Both the position numbers and the translations under genes were made by a program. Below the pieces are notes generated by a model that was given only the letters and a program-made list of their open reading frames with translations, had not been told where the DNA came from and ran no database searches. From the IMG/VR virus record IMGVR_UViG_3300040758_000214, positions 32,001 to 96,000 of that record: a DNA stretch of 64,000 nt; one strand, 5' to 3'. Positions 29,538-39,821 of this stretch are shown one piece after another (position 1 is the stretch's first letter; each line of letters starts with the position of its first letter). The stretch comes from a virus.

Positions 29538-32500
29538 TTAAAATAGATTACCATGAGCAACATTATGTAATTCTGCATCAAATGGATTTTGATGTTGCCC
29601 ACTATTATTTGTAGTATTTATATTTTTTATAGATGATGCAACATTATTTGTGCTTACCACTAAATTATTTCCAAGTGTTGTTAAATTTCCCATTGCTGCA
29701 GCTTGAAATTTTTCATTTGAATTTTTCATAGCGTCTATCTGCAACGATTCTTTAGCAACATGCATATCTACTAATTCTTTTTTAGAGAATGCATTATAAT
29801 ATTTTTTAACTTTTTCTATATATTGGCGTGTTTCTTTTACTGGATGAGAAGCTCCTCTTCCCCCACCATTATAATAGCCTAAAGCTTTATCTAAATTACC
29901 ATGATATTTGTTTAATAAATATAATAAAAATTTAGTTCCCCCCCTTACATTTTGTACCGGATCATATGCATTTGTGACGCCCAGTTGCCTTGCAGTAGGA
30001 GGCATTAATTGCATTAATCCCTGGGCTCCTCTACTAGATGTAGCATTTGGGTTTCCCCCACTCTCCGCTTGAATGACGGCTTTTACTAAATCACTACCAT
30101 TAACTCCCCAATTTTTAAAGTCAAATGTTTTACCAAATCCTAGATCATCAATACTCCATCCTTTTTTTCCAGTCCTAGCAGCTGGATTTTTAGAAGCAGG
30201 TGCATTTGGAGCAGGTCTCATATTATTAGGAACTGCACCATTTCCAATATTAACTTCAGGAAATAATTTAGAAAATTGAGATAACCATTCACCACCTTTC
30301 CATCCAATTATTGCTCCTCCTAATATACCCATTGGATTCCCACCAGTGGCAACAGCTCCCAAAGATGCACCAATTACAGCCCCTTCTATTTTCATAGATC
30401 GTTTACTTAAAAAACTAAAAGTAGATTGAACAACATCTTCAATTGTATCAACCGGATGTTGAATAACTTTCATAGCTCTCATTGCAATACTTTCTATTCC
30501 TTCCCACATTCCATTCAATGATTTAGCAATTCTTTCAGGTCCAATATATCCAAATATTCCACCTATTAAAGCTCCAACAGGAGGCCCAAATGGGGGAGCC
30601 AACATTCCAATGACCATACCTCTCATTGCACCAAAGAATGCACCTTCCATTTTTCCTAAGAATCCATGGAATCCTCCTTTAGATTGACCATAATCTCCAC
30701 CACCTAAATATCCACCTAAAGTAGAGAAACTTTTTTGAGCACCAGTTGCTTTACCACCAAACCATTCATTAGACTTTCCCTCGCCAGCAAAGGCATTCAT
30801 TAGGGAATCTACAATTCCTAATATTCCAGCTCCTTTTAAACCACCTCTAGCAATTGCACCTTTATTATTCCATAGACCTTTTGCTCCACCCCATAATCCT
30901 TTACCTAAAAATTTTGCTCCGGACCATGCCATTTTACCCATAGCTAAAGGTATAGTCCACTTAAAGAATTTTAAAAGTTTAAATATTTTTTCTCCGCCCC
31001 AAAATCCAGCCTTGAATATAGGACCTAAAAATGGTATTCCTCCTAAGAAACCTTTTACTCCTGAATATAATGCCATTATCATTAAACCTAGATCACTAAA
31101 GAAACCTTTACCTTTTTTATACATAGTATGAACACCTTCTTTAGTTCCTTCGGTTGCATCTTGAATTTTCTTTAATCGTTTATCCATTGTACTATTTTTG
31201 GCAACATCTATATATTCCGCATCAATATATCCGGCTCCACCTGTCAATAATTTTTGACCGCCACCAATTTGACCATATTTTCCTCTTCTAAATTTATTTG
31301 CTATCCAACCAAACATTCCGCCTAAACCTATTGCTGAGGCTACGGCTCTAATTCTTTGATAATTTGTATATGTTTGATTCCCAGGAGGTGCAACATCTTC
31401 ACCTGTAATTTTTTCACTTAATCTTCTTAAGTAGAAAATCATTTGGTCATATCTTTCCATACTTCTTACATAAGTTATAGCTAAAATATTGGCCATATTT
31501 TCTTGAACATTTGTGGAATGTGGTAATTCTCTTTCATACCTATTTCTAACTTTGAATAAGAATTTTGGTATTTTATTAAATACTGAATCTAAGACATGTA
31601 ATCCTGTTGCTACTTTTCTAAAGAATGGATTTTGCATTACATATTTAATTAAGTGAGATTTAAGATCAAGTCCCATTCCAGTCATTGCTAATTTTAAACT
31701 AAATAATGTATTATAAATTTTAGATAACCAACCACCTTTATCTAAGCTAACTTTACTATTCAATAATTGTTCTGTTGAATATTTTCCTTTTTTAAATAAT
31801 TTACTTATTGGAGAAACTACTTCACCAGCATGAACGTATACAACTCCACCTTTAGATATTAATCCTCCGGATTGTAATTTTGGAATATTTTTTGCTCTAA
31901 TACTTGCATTGGAAGGTGAATCAAAATAATCATCGGATTCATTTAATCCTTGTTTTTTTCTACGTCTTCTTGCTCTAAATTCTTCAAATGTAATTGCGGA
32001 TTTAAATCTTTCCCAACCATATCTTATATATTGTCCTATACCAGATAAAGCTCTACCAATATTTTGTTTCATTCTTTCAGCTGCATTTCTAAATACATCT
32101 GTTTCCATAAATTTAGCTGCAAAATATCCAAAGATAGGTGTTGATTGTGATAGAGCCATTGCAACCATATTTTGTTTATTAAAACTCACATCTTGACTTA
32201 TAGCTCTACTATATTGAGCAATTGCATCTTTTGTAGATCTAGCGGTTGCGGATGTAATTTTTATAACACCTCTGGATAATGTATCAATGGTCATACTAAA
32301 TTTACTTAATATTTTAGTTACAGATGATGTAACTTCTTTAACACTTCTATCATTATATCCGGCTTGGTCAATGTATTTATAACTCGATCCCATTGAGCCA
32401 ATATTAGCGGAGGACCTATTAATATCTCTTCTGGTATCCATATTCATTCTATTAATATTCGCAGCGACAGAATTAATATTTGCTACTTCTGCTATTTCAG

Positions 32501-32543
32501 CTTTGGATAATGTAGTCTTTACTGGTTTTTTTGGAGGAGCCAT
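29538..32543 (-). CDS. tape measure protein with C-terminal lytic transglycosylase (SLT) domain
   Basis: Long Gly/Ala-rich helical protein; [21 protein letters not shown]...YNGG SLT motifs. Confidence 0.85.
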   Translation of the reverse strand: MAPPKKPVKTTLSKAEIAEVANINSVAANINRMNMDTRRDINRSSANIGSMGSSYKYIDQAGYNDRSVKEVTSSVTKILSKFSMTIDTLSRGVIKITSATARSTKDAIAQYSRAISQDVSFNKQNMVAMALSQSTPIFGYFAAKFMETDVFRNAAERMKQNIGRALSGIGQYIRYGWERFKSAITFEEFRARRRRKKQGLNESDDYFDSPSNASIRAKNIPKLQSGGLISKGGVVYVHAGEVVSPISKLFKKGKYSTEQLLNSKVSLDKGGWLSKIYNTLFSLKLAMTGMGLDLKSHLIKYVMQNPFFRKVATGLHVLDSVFNKIPKFLFKVRNRYERELPHSTNVQENMANILAITYVRSMERYDQMIFYLRRLSEKITGEDVAPPGNQTYTNYQRIRAVASAIGLGGMFGWIANKFRRGKYGQIGGGQKLLTGGAGYIDAEYIDVAKNSTMDKRLKKIQDATEGTKEGVHTMYKKGKGFFSDLGLMIMALYSGVKGFLGGIPFLGPIFKAGFWGGEKIFKLLKFFKWTIPLAMGKMAWSGAKFLGKGLWGGAKGLWNNKGAIARGGLKGAGILGIVDSLMNAFAGEGKSNEWFGGKATGAQKSFSTLGGYLGGGDYGQSKGGFHGFLGKMEGAFFGAMRGMVIGMLAPPFGPPVGALIGGIFGYIGPERIAKSLNGMWEGIESIAMRAMKVIQHPVDTIEDVVQSTFSFLSKRSMKIEGAVIGASLGAVATGGNPMGILGGAIIGWKGGEWLSQFSKLFPEVNIGNGAVPNNMRPAPNAPASKNPAARTGKKGWSIDDLGFGKTFDFKNWGVNGSDLVKAVIQAESGGNPNATSSRGAQGLMQLMPPTARQLGVTNAYDPVQNVRGGTKFLLYLLNKYHGNLDKALGYYNGGGRGASHPVKETRQYIEKVKKYYNAFSKKELVDMHVAKESLQIDAMKNSNEKFQAAAMGNLTTLGNNLVVSTNNVASSIKNINTTNNSGQHQNPFDAELHNVAHGNLF

Positions 32544-32556
32544 TCTTTATTTCCCC

Positions 32557-33441
32557 TTATGCTTTACTTGCTAAGAATGAAATCATTTTGTTATATTTAC
32601 TAGATTTATCTGACTCTGATAATATACATATAACTTCTGAAGGAATAAATAATTCTTGAATATGAATTGATGGGACAATATTATTAAATTCTGATTTATA
32701 TACGTCTTTAATAGGATCTAATATATCAGAATATTTAGATCTTGATTTAAGCATATCCATCATTCCATAATGAATATACATCATAACTACATTGCAATAT
32801 TTAAGTAATAAATTTTCAAAATCATCTGTATTTAATTCTGTAATTTTAGAAAAGTTTTCAAATATTATTTCATATAATTTTCTCGTGCTATACATTCTGG
32901 TTAACTCAAAATAATTATACATAAAATTAATAATATTTTTTGTTTCTTTTGTTATATCACCTTTTAACTTAAATACTTTTGTAAAATAAGGAACATAAAA
33001 TTTCAATAATGTTTCACCAAATAATGATATAAATTGTTTAGGATATTCACTTGAAAACATATGAGTTAATTCATGTATAGTTGTTTCTGCTAAAAAATCT
33101 GCATATTTTTGAGTTATAATATTTTCTTTATGGTCTATTAAAATACATATTTTTTTCTCTTCTGGTAAATAAAATCCTACAATATGTTTAGCTTCTGAAG
33201 GTAAATCTTTAAGTTCTAATTCAAATACTCTTAAGAAAACCTTCGTATAATAACACGGGATTAATTTCTTTTTTTCAACTAATCTTATATAATCATTAGC
33301 ATAAGGTTTACTTCTATTACCAATTTTAATAGCATCAATAAATTTTTTAGTTAAAGTTGAAGATGTGTATAAAGGATGATCATTATATTCTGCAACCTTT
33401 TTTAAACTTATATCTATAGCAAGTTCATTAATGTTATCCAT
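32557..33441 (-). CDS. zincin-like metallopeptidase
   Basis: VGFY upstream of TIHELTHM (HExxH). Confidence 0.6.
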   Translation of the reverse strand: MDNINELAIDISLKKVAEYNDHPLYTSSTLTKKFIDAIKIGNRSKPYANDYIRLVEKKKLIPCYYTKVFLRVFELELKDLPSEAKHIVGFYLPEEKKICILIDHKENIITQKYADFLAETTIHELTHMFSSEYPKQFISLFGETLLKFYVPYFTKVFKLKGDITKETKNIINFMYNYFELTRMYSTRKLYEIIFENFSKITELNTDDFENLLLKYCNVVMMYIHYGMMDMLKSRSKYSDILDPIKDVYKSEFNNIVPSIHIQELFIPSEVICILSESDKSSKYNKMISFLASKA

Positions 33442-33442
33442 G

Positions 33443-35092
33443 TTACTCCTGATTATATAAACTTAAAATATCTACAAAGCCTTGATGTTCATCTAAATGT
33501 TCTTTGATATCTTTTATTAATTTATCATTATCCATTTCACCAGAATAAACATCTTCATTCATTCCAATTATATCAGAGAATACACTTTCATATTCAACTG
33601 AATGTTGTAACACTAAAGGTGGATCCCATTTTCTTACATAAAAAGCGCAACCTGTTGCTAATGCTAAATCATCTTTACTTCCAATGTCAGCTTCAACTCT
33701 TCCTTTCTTTTCAGTTAAACCAATTAATTCTAATGCTAATCTTTTTGATTTTACAATTTCTGGGAACTCTGTAATGTAAGAATATAAGGAATCTATAATT
33801 AAAGGTCTTGTTTTACTATTATTACTTAACCCTCTTCTCATTTGGCTACCTTGAGTTTTAGATGTAGTGACTCTTGGATTAACAGCTCCTGCAACCTTTT
33901 CTTTATAAAGCATAATCATATATTCACTATTATCAATTTCTTCAGCAACATTATTTCCATAACCACATGTTGTTTCAATAACACAACATCCAGGATATGT
34001 AGAACATGCTAATTTAACAATTTTAGAAAAATCCATAACTTTACACTTTGTATGATATTCCCATACTTGTTCTAAAGTTTCATAATCCCAAACTGTTATA
34101 GCAGAAAAATCTCCTCCATATTCAGAAGCTGTATCAACTCCTATTAAATAAAATTTTCCTTGTATAGGTTTTTGAAATACCCATATTTCACCACCAAATA
34201 TTTTACTTTTTTCAATTGGATCTACAGTATTATTTTGTAATGATATAATCGTTTTTTCATCAAAGAATGATCCTTGTCCTGATAAGAACTTTAGATCAAG
34301 TTCCTGCATTATTTTCTTTTCATCATTACCTGCAAGTCTTCTTTGTGTTTCATACCATTCTGGATCTTCTGCTAATTCTTTAACATCTTTCCAATGTATA
34401 ATAAAATCTTTAAAGATATCAGTTTTGGCTACAGCTGAACAATATCTTTCATAGAACCATTTTCCTCTACCAATTGTCTTATTAGGAGTAGATAATATAA
34501 CAGTTCCATAAGGAATTCCAGCTTTTTTAGCTTGTCTATGATTTGTAGATAAAGTTGAAATCATCCCCGTCCATGCTTCATCCATATTTGAAATAAATGC
34601 TGCTTCATCTATTATTAATAATGTAATGGCTTTACCTCTAAATGTATTTTCTGGTTTTTGTGGGTTAACACAAGCGGTATAAGTCTTACATCCATTTTTT
34701 AATAAATAAGATTGCTCTGATTCTTTTGTATATTTAGGTCTCATCCACTCTGGTAATTTAGAAATCATAGATCTCATAAATCTAACAAAGTCTGTTGCTT
34801 CAGTAGGATTTTTAGAAAGAACTCCAATAACAACATTTTTGAAAAATACTTGGAGCCATACTCCATATACTTGAACAATTGTAGATATTCCAATTTGTCT
34901 TGATTTTAAAACTAATACATATTTCTCTATATCTATTGTATTAATTAATTCAATCTGAGGTTTATATGGACTAAATAATACATCACCTCCTGGTAATTCA
35001 AGATAAATATAATTTCTACAAAAGTATTCAAATGATGCTTTACATTTAAGAAATTCTTGTATACACCATTTCTTATCTATTTTAGTTGCCAT
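33443..35092 (-). CDS. terL: terminase large subunit (T4 gp17-like)
   Basis: LKSRQIGIST Walker A, LIIDEAAF Walker B, STP, IGVDTA, DDLALA nuclease motifs. Confidence 0.95.
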   Translation of the reverse strand: MATKIDKKWCIQEFLKCKASFEYFCRNYIYLELPGGDVLFSPYKPQIELINTIDIEKYVLVLKSRQIGISTIVQVYGVWLQVFFKNVVIGVLSKNPTEATDFVRFMRSMISKLPEWMRPKYTKESEQSYLLKNGCKTYTACVNPQKPENTFRGKAITLLIIDEAAFISNMDEAWTGMISTLSTNHRQAKKAGIPYGTVILSTPNKTIGRGKWFYERYCSAVAKTDIFKDFIIHWKDVKELAEDPEWYETQRRLAGNDEKKIMQELDLKFLSGQGSFFDEKTIISLQNNTVDPIEKSKIFGGEIWVFQKPIQGKFYLIGVDTASEYGGDFSAITVWDYETLEQVWEYHTKCKVMDFSKIVKLACSTYPGCCVIETTCGYGNNVAEEIDNSEYMIMLYKEKVAGAVNPRVTTSKTQGSQMRRGLSNNSKTRPLIIDSLYSYITEFPEIVKSKRLALELIGLTEKKGRVEADIGSKDDLALATGCAFYVRKWDPPLVLQHSVEYESVFSDIIGMNEDVYSGEMDNDKLIKDIKEHLDEHQGFVDILSLYNQE

Positions 35093-35135
35093 TCTTTTAT
35101 TTTAATTTCCTTTTAAAAATAGTATGAAGATCCTT

Positions 35136-35150
35136 CTAATATTTGTTCTA
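35136..35150 (-). promoter_or_regulatory. putative late promoter TAGAACAAATATTAG
   Basis: Motif copy upstream of terminase. Confidence 0.55.
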
Positions 35151-35177
35151 AACTATTTTTAAGTATGGATTAATTTA

Positions 35178-35191
35178 CTATATATATTAAT
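35178..35191 (+). promoter_or_regulatory. putative early promoter CTATATATATTAAT
   Basis: Exact motif copy upstream of the small ORF at 35236. Confidence 0.5.
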
Positions 35192-35235
35192 ACCTGAGAG
35201 TTGAGTTGTTATGTTATTTGTGTTAGGAGTAAAAA

Positions 35236-35307
35236 ATGTATCAATGGAATCTGCTTGTGTATGTTTGTATGAACTATGGAGATGTGGGAGTGCAACACAA
35301 CAAGTAA
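35236..35307 (+). CDS. 23-aa micropeptide MYQWNLLVYVCMNYGDVGVQHNK
   Basis: TAGGAG RBS before the ATG; flanked by the promoter motif and a hairpin. Confidence 0.4.
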   Translation: MYQWNLLVYVCMNYGDVGVQHNK

Positions 35308-35339
35308 GAGGGTAAAATAATTTATTTTATATATAGGCA

Positions 35340-35369
35340 AGGGAACTAGATTATTAAATCTAGTTCCCT
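35340..35369. terminator. hairpin terminator (possibly bidirectional)
   Basis: 13-bp perfect inverted repeat agggaactagatt/aatctagttccct. Confidence 0.7.
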
Positions 35370-35395
35370 ATCGGGAATTTTTATTGTTAATTTTT

Positions 35396-36628
35396 TTAGC
35401 TTGATTGATTAGTTCTCATTAAATTAGTAATACAAGTCGTTTGCCATCCCCCGCCTTGTTTTTGAAAATTAATATCGCTTGACTTAAGAATATATTTTCC
35501 AGACAAATTTGTATGTTCAATAATTTTAGTGTTAAATTTAACTGACTCTCCTACATTTATTAATTGAAGGATAGGAAGATTTCTTTCAATTCCAACTATG
35601 ATAGTTGATAGATTTGAAATTTTTTTTGATATATTTGCTATAATTGAAGTATTTGAATTTTCATATCCAGTTTCATTTATTTCATATGTAATTCTATTTG
35701 ACAATTCTGGATCAAAATCTATGTTATTATTTTTTGATATAAGTCCATTTTTTTGGCATATAGTTTGTAAATCATTTTCTAATAATGTAAATAATTTATC
35801 ACTAGGTTTTGCTATAAATCTTGTAGTTTTTGATATAGTCGAAAATCTTTGATTTCCTACATAATTATTTTTAATTGGAGCATAAGTATAGAAGTTTTTA
35901 CCATCACTACATGTACTTATTATTTTAGAATTATCTTTATCATCTAATGCTAATTGATATATTGTAAATGTTTGATTTTTATTCATTTTGGATGCTAAAT
36001 TTTTTATGTATAATTTATTATCATACTGACAAAATATAATACTGGCTCCGGAGTATAATCCAAATTTTTCATCCAAATATTGAATTGTTTTATATAATGT
36101 AGTTGGAGGAATTAATACTTGATCAATTATTTGAGTATTCTCTCCATCACTATCATATATTAAAGTTGAATTTGATTTCTTGCATAGATCTTGAATTATT
36201 TGTCTTAATGTTTGATTAAGATATACATTGTTTACATGATTAGTTATAGTCTTAAAAGGTTTTCTTGGAATAGTTATAATATTAATTAAAGTTCTATCAA
36301 TTTGTTTATTTTGTGATAATTGATCTTTATTAGTTATACTATAATCATTTCTTATCATCATCAATTCAAAGTCCAATTGTTCTGATACAAAAGATTGTTC
36401 TCTAGTTAATTTAATTGATAATTTAATAGGATCTTGACCATATAATTTAGTAAGAATAATATCATTTGAATCCATAAATAATTCGAGATTAAGTATTTGA
36501 TAAGGAGAATTAATAGATGAAACTAATCTTACTCTATTCAAATCTGCAGAATAATCTTTATCTTTTATTCGTAAAGATATATAGTATTGAACCTTATCAA
36601 ATGACGCACCCTTAATAATATTAGACAT
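35396..36628 (-). CDS. baseplate hub protein (T4 gp27/VgrG-like fold), putative
   Basis: ~410 aa, 'QTLRQIIQDL', 'VLIPP', 'LSGKYILKS' hub-like pattern; preceded by the late motif. Confidence 0.55.
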   Translation of the reverse strand: MSNIIKGASFDKVQYYISLRIKDKDYSADLNRVRLVSSINSPYQILNLELFMDSNDIILTKLYGQDPIKLSIKLTREQSFVSEQLDFELMMIRNDYSITNKDQLSQNKQIDRTLINIITIPRKPFKTITNHVNNVYLNQTLRQIIQDLCKKSNSTLIYDSDGENTQIIDQVLIPPTTLYKTIQYLDEKFGLYSGASIIFCQYDNKLYIKNLASKMNKNQTFTIYQLALDDKDNSKIISTCSDGKNFYTYAPIKNNYVGNQRFSTISKTTRFIAKPSDKLFTLLENDLQTICQKNGLISKNNNIDFDPELSNRITYEINETGYENSNTSIIANISKKISNLSTIIVGIERNLPILQLINVGESVKFNTKIIEHTNLSGKYILKSSDINFQKQGGGWQTTCITNLMRTNQSS

Positions 36629-36641
36629 ATAATTCTCCTCT

Positions 36642-36656
36642 TTAATATATGTTCTA
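36642..36656 (-). promoter_or_regulatory. putative late promoter TAGAACATATATTAA
   Basis: Motif immediately upstream of the GAGGAG RBS of the hub gene. Confidence 0.55.
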
Positions 36657-36673
36657 AAAATAGAACCAAAAAA

Positions 36674-36704
36674 AAACAGAGAGGGTTTAATTAGCTCTCT
36701 GTTT
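36674..36704 (-). terminator. intrinsic terminator
   Basis: aaacagagag/ctctctgttt stem with a T-run on the minus strand. Confidence 0.7.
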
Positions 36705-36712
36705 ATTAAACT

Positions 36713-37072
36713 TTATTTCTTTGATCTTTCTATTGTAACAGCAACATGAATTGCCATATCCAAGCCTTCTTTAGTAGGTTCAATTCTAAGAAATGGACTT
36801 TTCTTATTTGGATTATTACAAAAATGTGGGTCGATACTCCCTTGTATTTTTAAATTATCTAATGTAGTATTCTTATACAACATTATCTTATGTCCTTCAT
36901 AATTCTTACAATCAGGATAACATATCTCCAATATTAAAGTCGACCCTACTTGTGTTGAGGATATAATTTCATAATTATTAGGATCAGGATTTGGGAGATA
37001 TATTTTTCTTATCTTTCTTTCATGTGGTTCTTCGTAAGTACTTGCAGATCTATTAAATAATCTAATTCCCAT
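36713..37072 (-). CDS. conserved hypothetical phage protein
   Basis: NPDP.NY, YPDC.NYEG.KI, DPHF motifs. Confidence 0.65.
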   Translation of the reverse strand: MGIRLFNRSASTYEEPHERKIRKIYLPNPDPNNYEIISSTQVGSTLILEICYPDCKNYEGHKIMLYKNTTLDNLKIQGSIDPHFCNNPNKKSPFLRIEPTKEGLDMAIHVAVTIERSKK

Positions 37073-37085
37073 AATAAATCACCTT

Positions 37086-37331
37086 TTATCTAATTCTCCA
37101 ACAGCGTATTCCTTCAGGAACAGTTCTAGTAGTGAATACATAAGGACTATTCCTTCTAGCCTCTGCTAATATTCTTGTTTGAATCATTTTTCTGTGATAT
37201 GTATTATTACTTTCACAATTTATAAGAAATGAATCATTTCTTTCCATGATCTGAAAGGGATAAATACTGGGAGTTCTTCTTCGATTTCGGTTAATTGGCG
37301 GAATGTAAATATTCTTTTCAATTTCAATCAT
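37086..37331 (-). CDS. small putative DNA-binding protein
   Basis: IEKNI.IP...YPF..M...DSF...GIRCWR. Confidence 0.6.
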   Translation of the reverse strand: MIEIEKNIYIPPINRNRRRTPSIYPFQIMERNDSFLINCESNNTYHRKMIQTRILAEARRNSPYVFTTRTVPEGIRCWRIR

Positions 37332-37348
37332 TCAATTCTCCTTTATTT

Positions 37349-37472
37349 TATTTGGTGGCTCGGTTTCTTTCGCACTTCGTTTACAGAACCTTTACGATAG
37401 AAGGTGTAGGGCTTACACGAACTTAAACCGACTGTAACCCGGACCGATAGTTTTGTCTGACACCACCAAATA
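37349..37472 (-). ncRNA. candidate structured RNA (nested stems plus pseudoknot); strand uncertain
   Basis: GC-rich intergenic island closed by a 10-bp stem TATTTGGTGG/CCACCAAATA, with several internal complementary pairs. Confidence 0.55.
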
Positions 37473-37477
37473 TTTAT

Positions 37478-38542
37478 TTAGTTTGAAGGATTCAAAATGG
37501 CTAATGCATCTGTAATTTGGGATGGAATTACAAGAACACGTTCTGCAACATCTTCCATTAGAAGTTTAGCATTAATATTCTTTTCAAGGGTTGAAAATTT
37601 ACAAATAGCATTAAACAATTTCCAAGATGAAAGTGTTTCCCCTTCATTTACAACAGTTGAAAGATAATTGGAAATATCAACTCTTCTTTTCTTTCCAACT
37701 TTTTCAATTAAATCCATCATTCTTAAAAGATCATCATCTGTTACTGGAGTATTAAAATTAGTCTGGATTAAACTCAATGCATTCTGAGAAAATGCTTGTA
37801 CATAATTTCCAACCGCCGCAGATAATTCACTATGAGCTGATGTTAAATGAATTTGACGAATTGAACTAAGTTTATTTCTAAATCCAAAAGAAATAGATTT
37901 TTCATCACCTTCTAAAACTACAAACCCAAATGAGATTGTAATAGCTTTACGCCCATTATAACTATTTGTTACAATTACTTCTGGATATACATCCCCAACC
38001 TGAGGAATATTGGATACATTTTGAATAACCATTTCATGATACATATAATCCAATGTTGGAGGAATCATAGTATATTCTCTAAATATTGGAGTCTGTATTT
38101 CAGAAATCATTTCTCTAATTTTATTATTTAATGTATCATTGCCTGTAAATTGATAATTATTAGAAACTATACATACATATTTTGGATTACTTGTTTCTTC
38201 ATTTTCTCCTGCGATTGGTCTGGTATATAATCCTAAGAAAGGTACATCAATACTATCAATGGTTTTTAACTCTTTATAAAACACCTCACCAAAAGAATCT
38301 CTATAATTATAAATTCCTGGTTCTGTTAAAGTTAAACCCATTTCTTCATATGCTTCATTGAATTTTCTGTGCGTTGATGTCGTAGTCGGTGATTGCTGTG
38401 TATCACCTTCAGTAGCTTCACCTTGCTCAATTAAATTATTAATAATATCACTTGCTCTGGTTAAATTTTCATTAATCACTGGTTCATTAATTTCTTGAGT
38501 TGGATCTAAATTAATTGCAGTTTCTTCCATTTTATTCTCCAT
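37478..38542 (-). CDS. DUF932-like protein
   Basis: VSNNY, GD..P.V.VTNSYNG, IH, W.LFNAI pattern. Confidence 0.6.
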   Translation of the reverse strand: MENKMEETAINLDPTQEINEPVINENLTRASDIINNLIEQGEATEGDTQQSPTTTSTHRKFNEAYEEMGLTLTEPGIYNYRDSFGEVFYKELKTIDSIDVPFLGLYTRPIAGENEETSNPKYVCIVSNNYQFTGNDTLNNKIREMISEIQTPIFREYTMIPPTLDYMYHEMVIQNVSNIPQVGDVYPEVIVTNSYNGRKAITISFGFVVLEGDEKSISFGFRNKLSSIRQIHLTSAHSELSAAVGNYVQAFSQNALSLIQTNFNTPVTDDDLLRMMDLIEKVGKKRRVDISNYLSTVVNEGETLSSWKLFNAICKFSTLEKNINAKLLMEDVAERVLVIPSQITDALAILNPSN

Positions 38543-38688
38543 TAGGTTAGTTGTTAATTCTCAAAAATGAATACCACTTTTCACATGTAGGGCATTTCCA
38601 TAGTTTATATGATTTTATTTGTTCTATTGTTGGATACTGTTCTTCAAAAATTGGATCGTAATGTTCACAGGTTGTCATTATATTATTC

Positions 38689-39378
38689 TCATTTATTTAA
38701 TAGAATTGGAGCTACTTTATAAAATCCAGATAAACGAATTATTAAAGTATCAATTCTATCTTCTAAATCACCGATTTTTTCTTCTTGAAATCTTTGATGT
38801 GATTCACTTCCTTCAACTGTAATTCCCTGATCATTTGTATAACTTGTAGATGTATTTATTGTATTATGAACTGAGGTTAGTGTTACCGGAGATGTATGAA
38901 TTCCATTAAAGAATGATTCACTTGTTATAACATAAGAATCACTATATTCAATAATTGGGTCTTTACTTTTTTCATATTGAGCTGTTATAATAATTAGACC
39001 ATCCTCTTCTTTATCTTTTCTATGTTTTCTAACTTCAGAATCTTTTTCTATAAATTTAAATTTATTACCTTTGGATAAATTTCCATTATCAAGAAATCGT
39101 TCTAATTCAATAGATTCTCCTTTTCTTAGTATAAGTCCATCACTGGTTACAGATCTTCCATCTATACTAATTTTTACTAAAGCTCTTCTATTCTCATCTG
39201 TGTTATTTAATTTGATTTTATATTCCTCATCGAATGGAAGTTTTACACTAATATTTTTGGAATCTTTATTATCGTTATAAGTCATTCCTCCATTAGGAAT
39301 ATAAACTTTAACTATAGCAAATGAATAAACAGGAATTAAAAGAATAGAAAGAATTAACGAAAAGATTATTTTGTTCAT
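38689..39378 (-). CDS. secreted Ig-like hypothetical protein
   Basis: Signal peptide; EY.I.L.N, ISIDG, LERF, FKF. Confidence 0.6.
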   Translation of the reverse strand: MNKIIFSLILSILLIPVYSFAIVKVYIPNGGMTYNDNKDSKNISVKLPFDEEYKIKLNNTDENRRALVKISIDGRSVTSDGLILRKGESIELERFLDNGNLSKGNKFKFIEKDSEVRKHRKDKEEDGLIIITAQYEKSKDPIIEYSDSYVITSESFFNGIHTSPVTLTSVHNTINTSTSYTNDQGITVEGSESHQRFQEEKIGDLEDRIDTLIIRLSGFYKVAPILLNK

Positions 39379-39391
39379 ATTTTAAATCTCC

Positions 39392-39667
39392 TTACTTCTT
39401 TTTAGGATCTTTAGCTTTGTCAACTGCGGATTTTAATTTTGCATCTTCTTCAGTTTTAGCTATAGCATCTAATTTTGCTTTGGTTTCTTCTGAGTCTTTT
39501 TGAAGTTGGGTATACTCATTTTTTATAGATGTAAATTGATTGTCTAAAACTTGCATACGATTAATATCATACGCATAACGATATGATAACAATTCTTTTT
39601 CATCCGCAGCTTTAGCTATTCCTGCAATCCCAATTATCAATAATGCTGCAATAAATAATTTTTTCAT
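39392..39667 (-). CDS. secreted coiled-coil protein
   Basis: Signal peptide AKA/A; heptad repeats. Confidence 0.65.
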   Translation of the reverse strand: MKKLFIAALLIIGIAGIAKAADEKELLSYRYAYDINRMQVLDNQFTSIKNEYTQLQKDSEETKAKLDAIAKTEEDAKLKSAVDKAKDPKKK

Positions 39668-39821
39668 TTTTGTTTCTCCTTTTTTTAGTTTAAAATTTGA
39701 TATGTTATAAATCCAGCAACCAAAATTCCTAAAATTAACCCATACGATGTTACAGTTTTACTAATTCCTAACATTCCCACAAAAATCCATACTCCAGCAA
39801 TAGCAATACCTGTTCCAATTG

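Noticed and set aside
37349-37472. tRNA or hammerhead ribozyme
   Set aside because: No cloverleaf with T-loop/CCA and no CUGAUGA core; kept only as an unclassified structured RNA.
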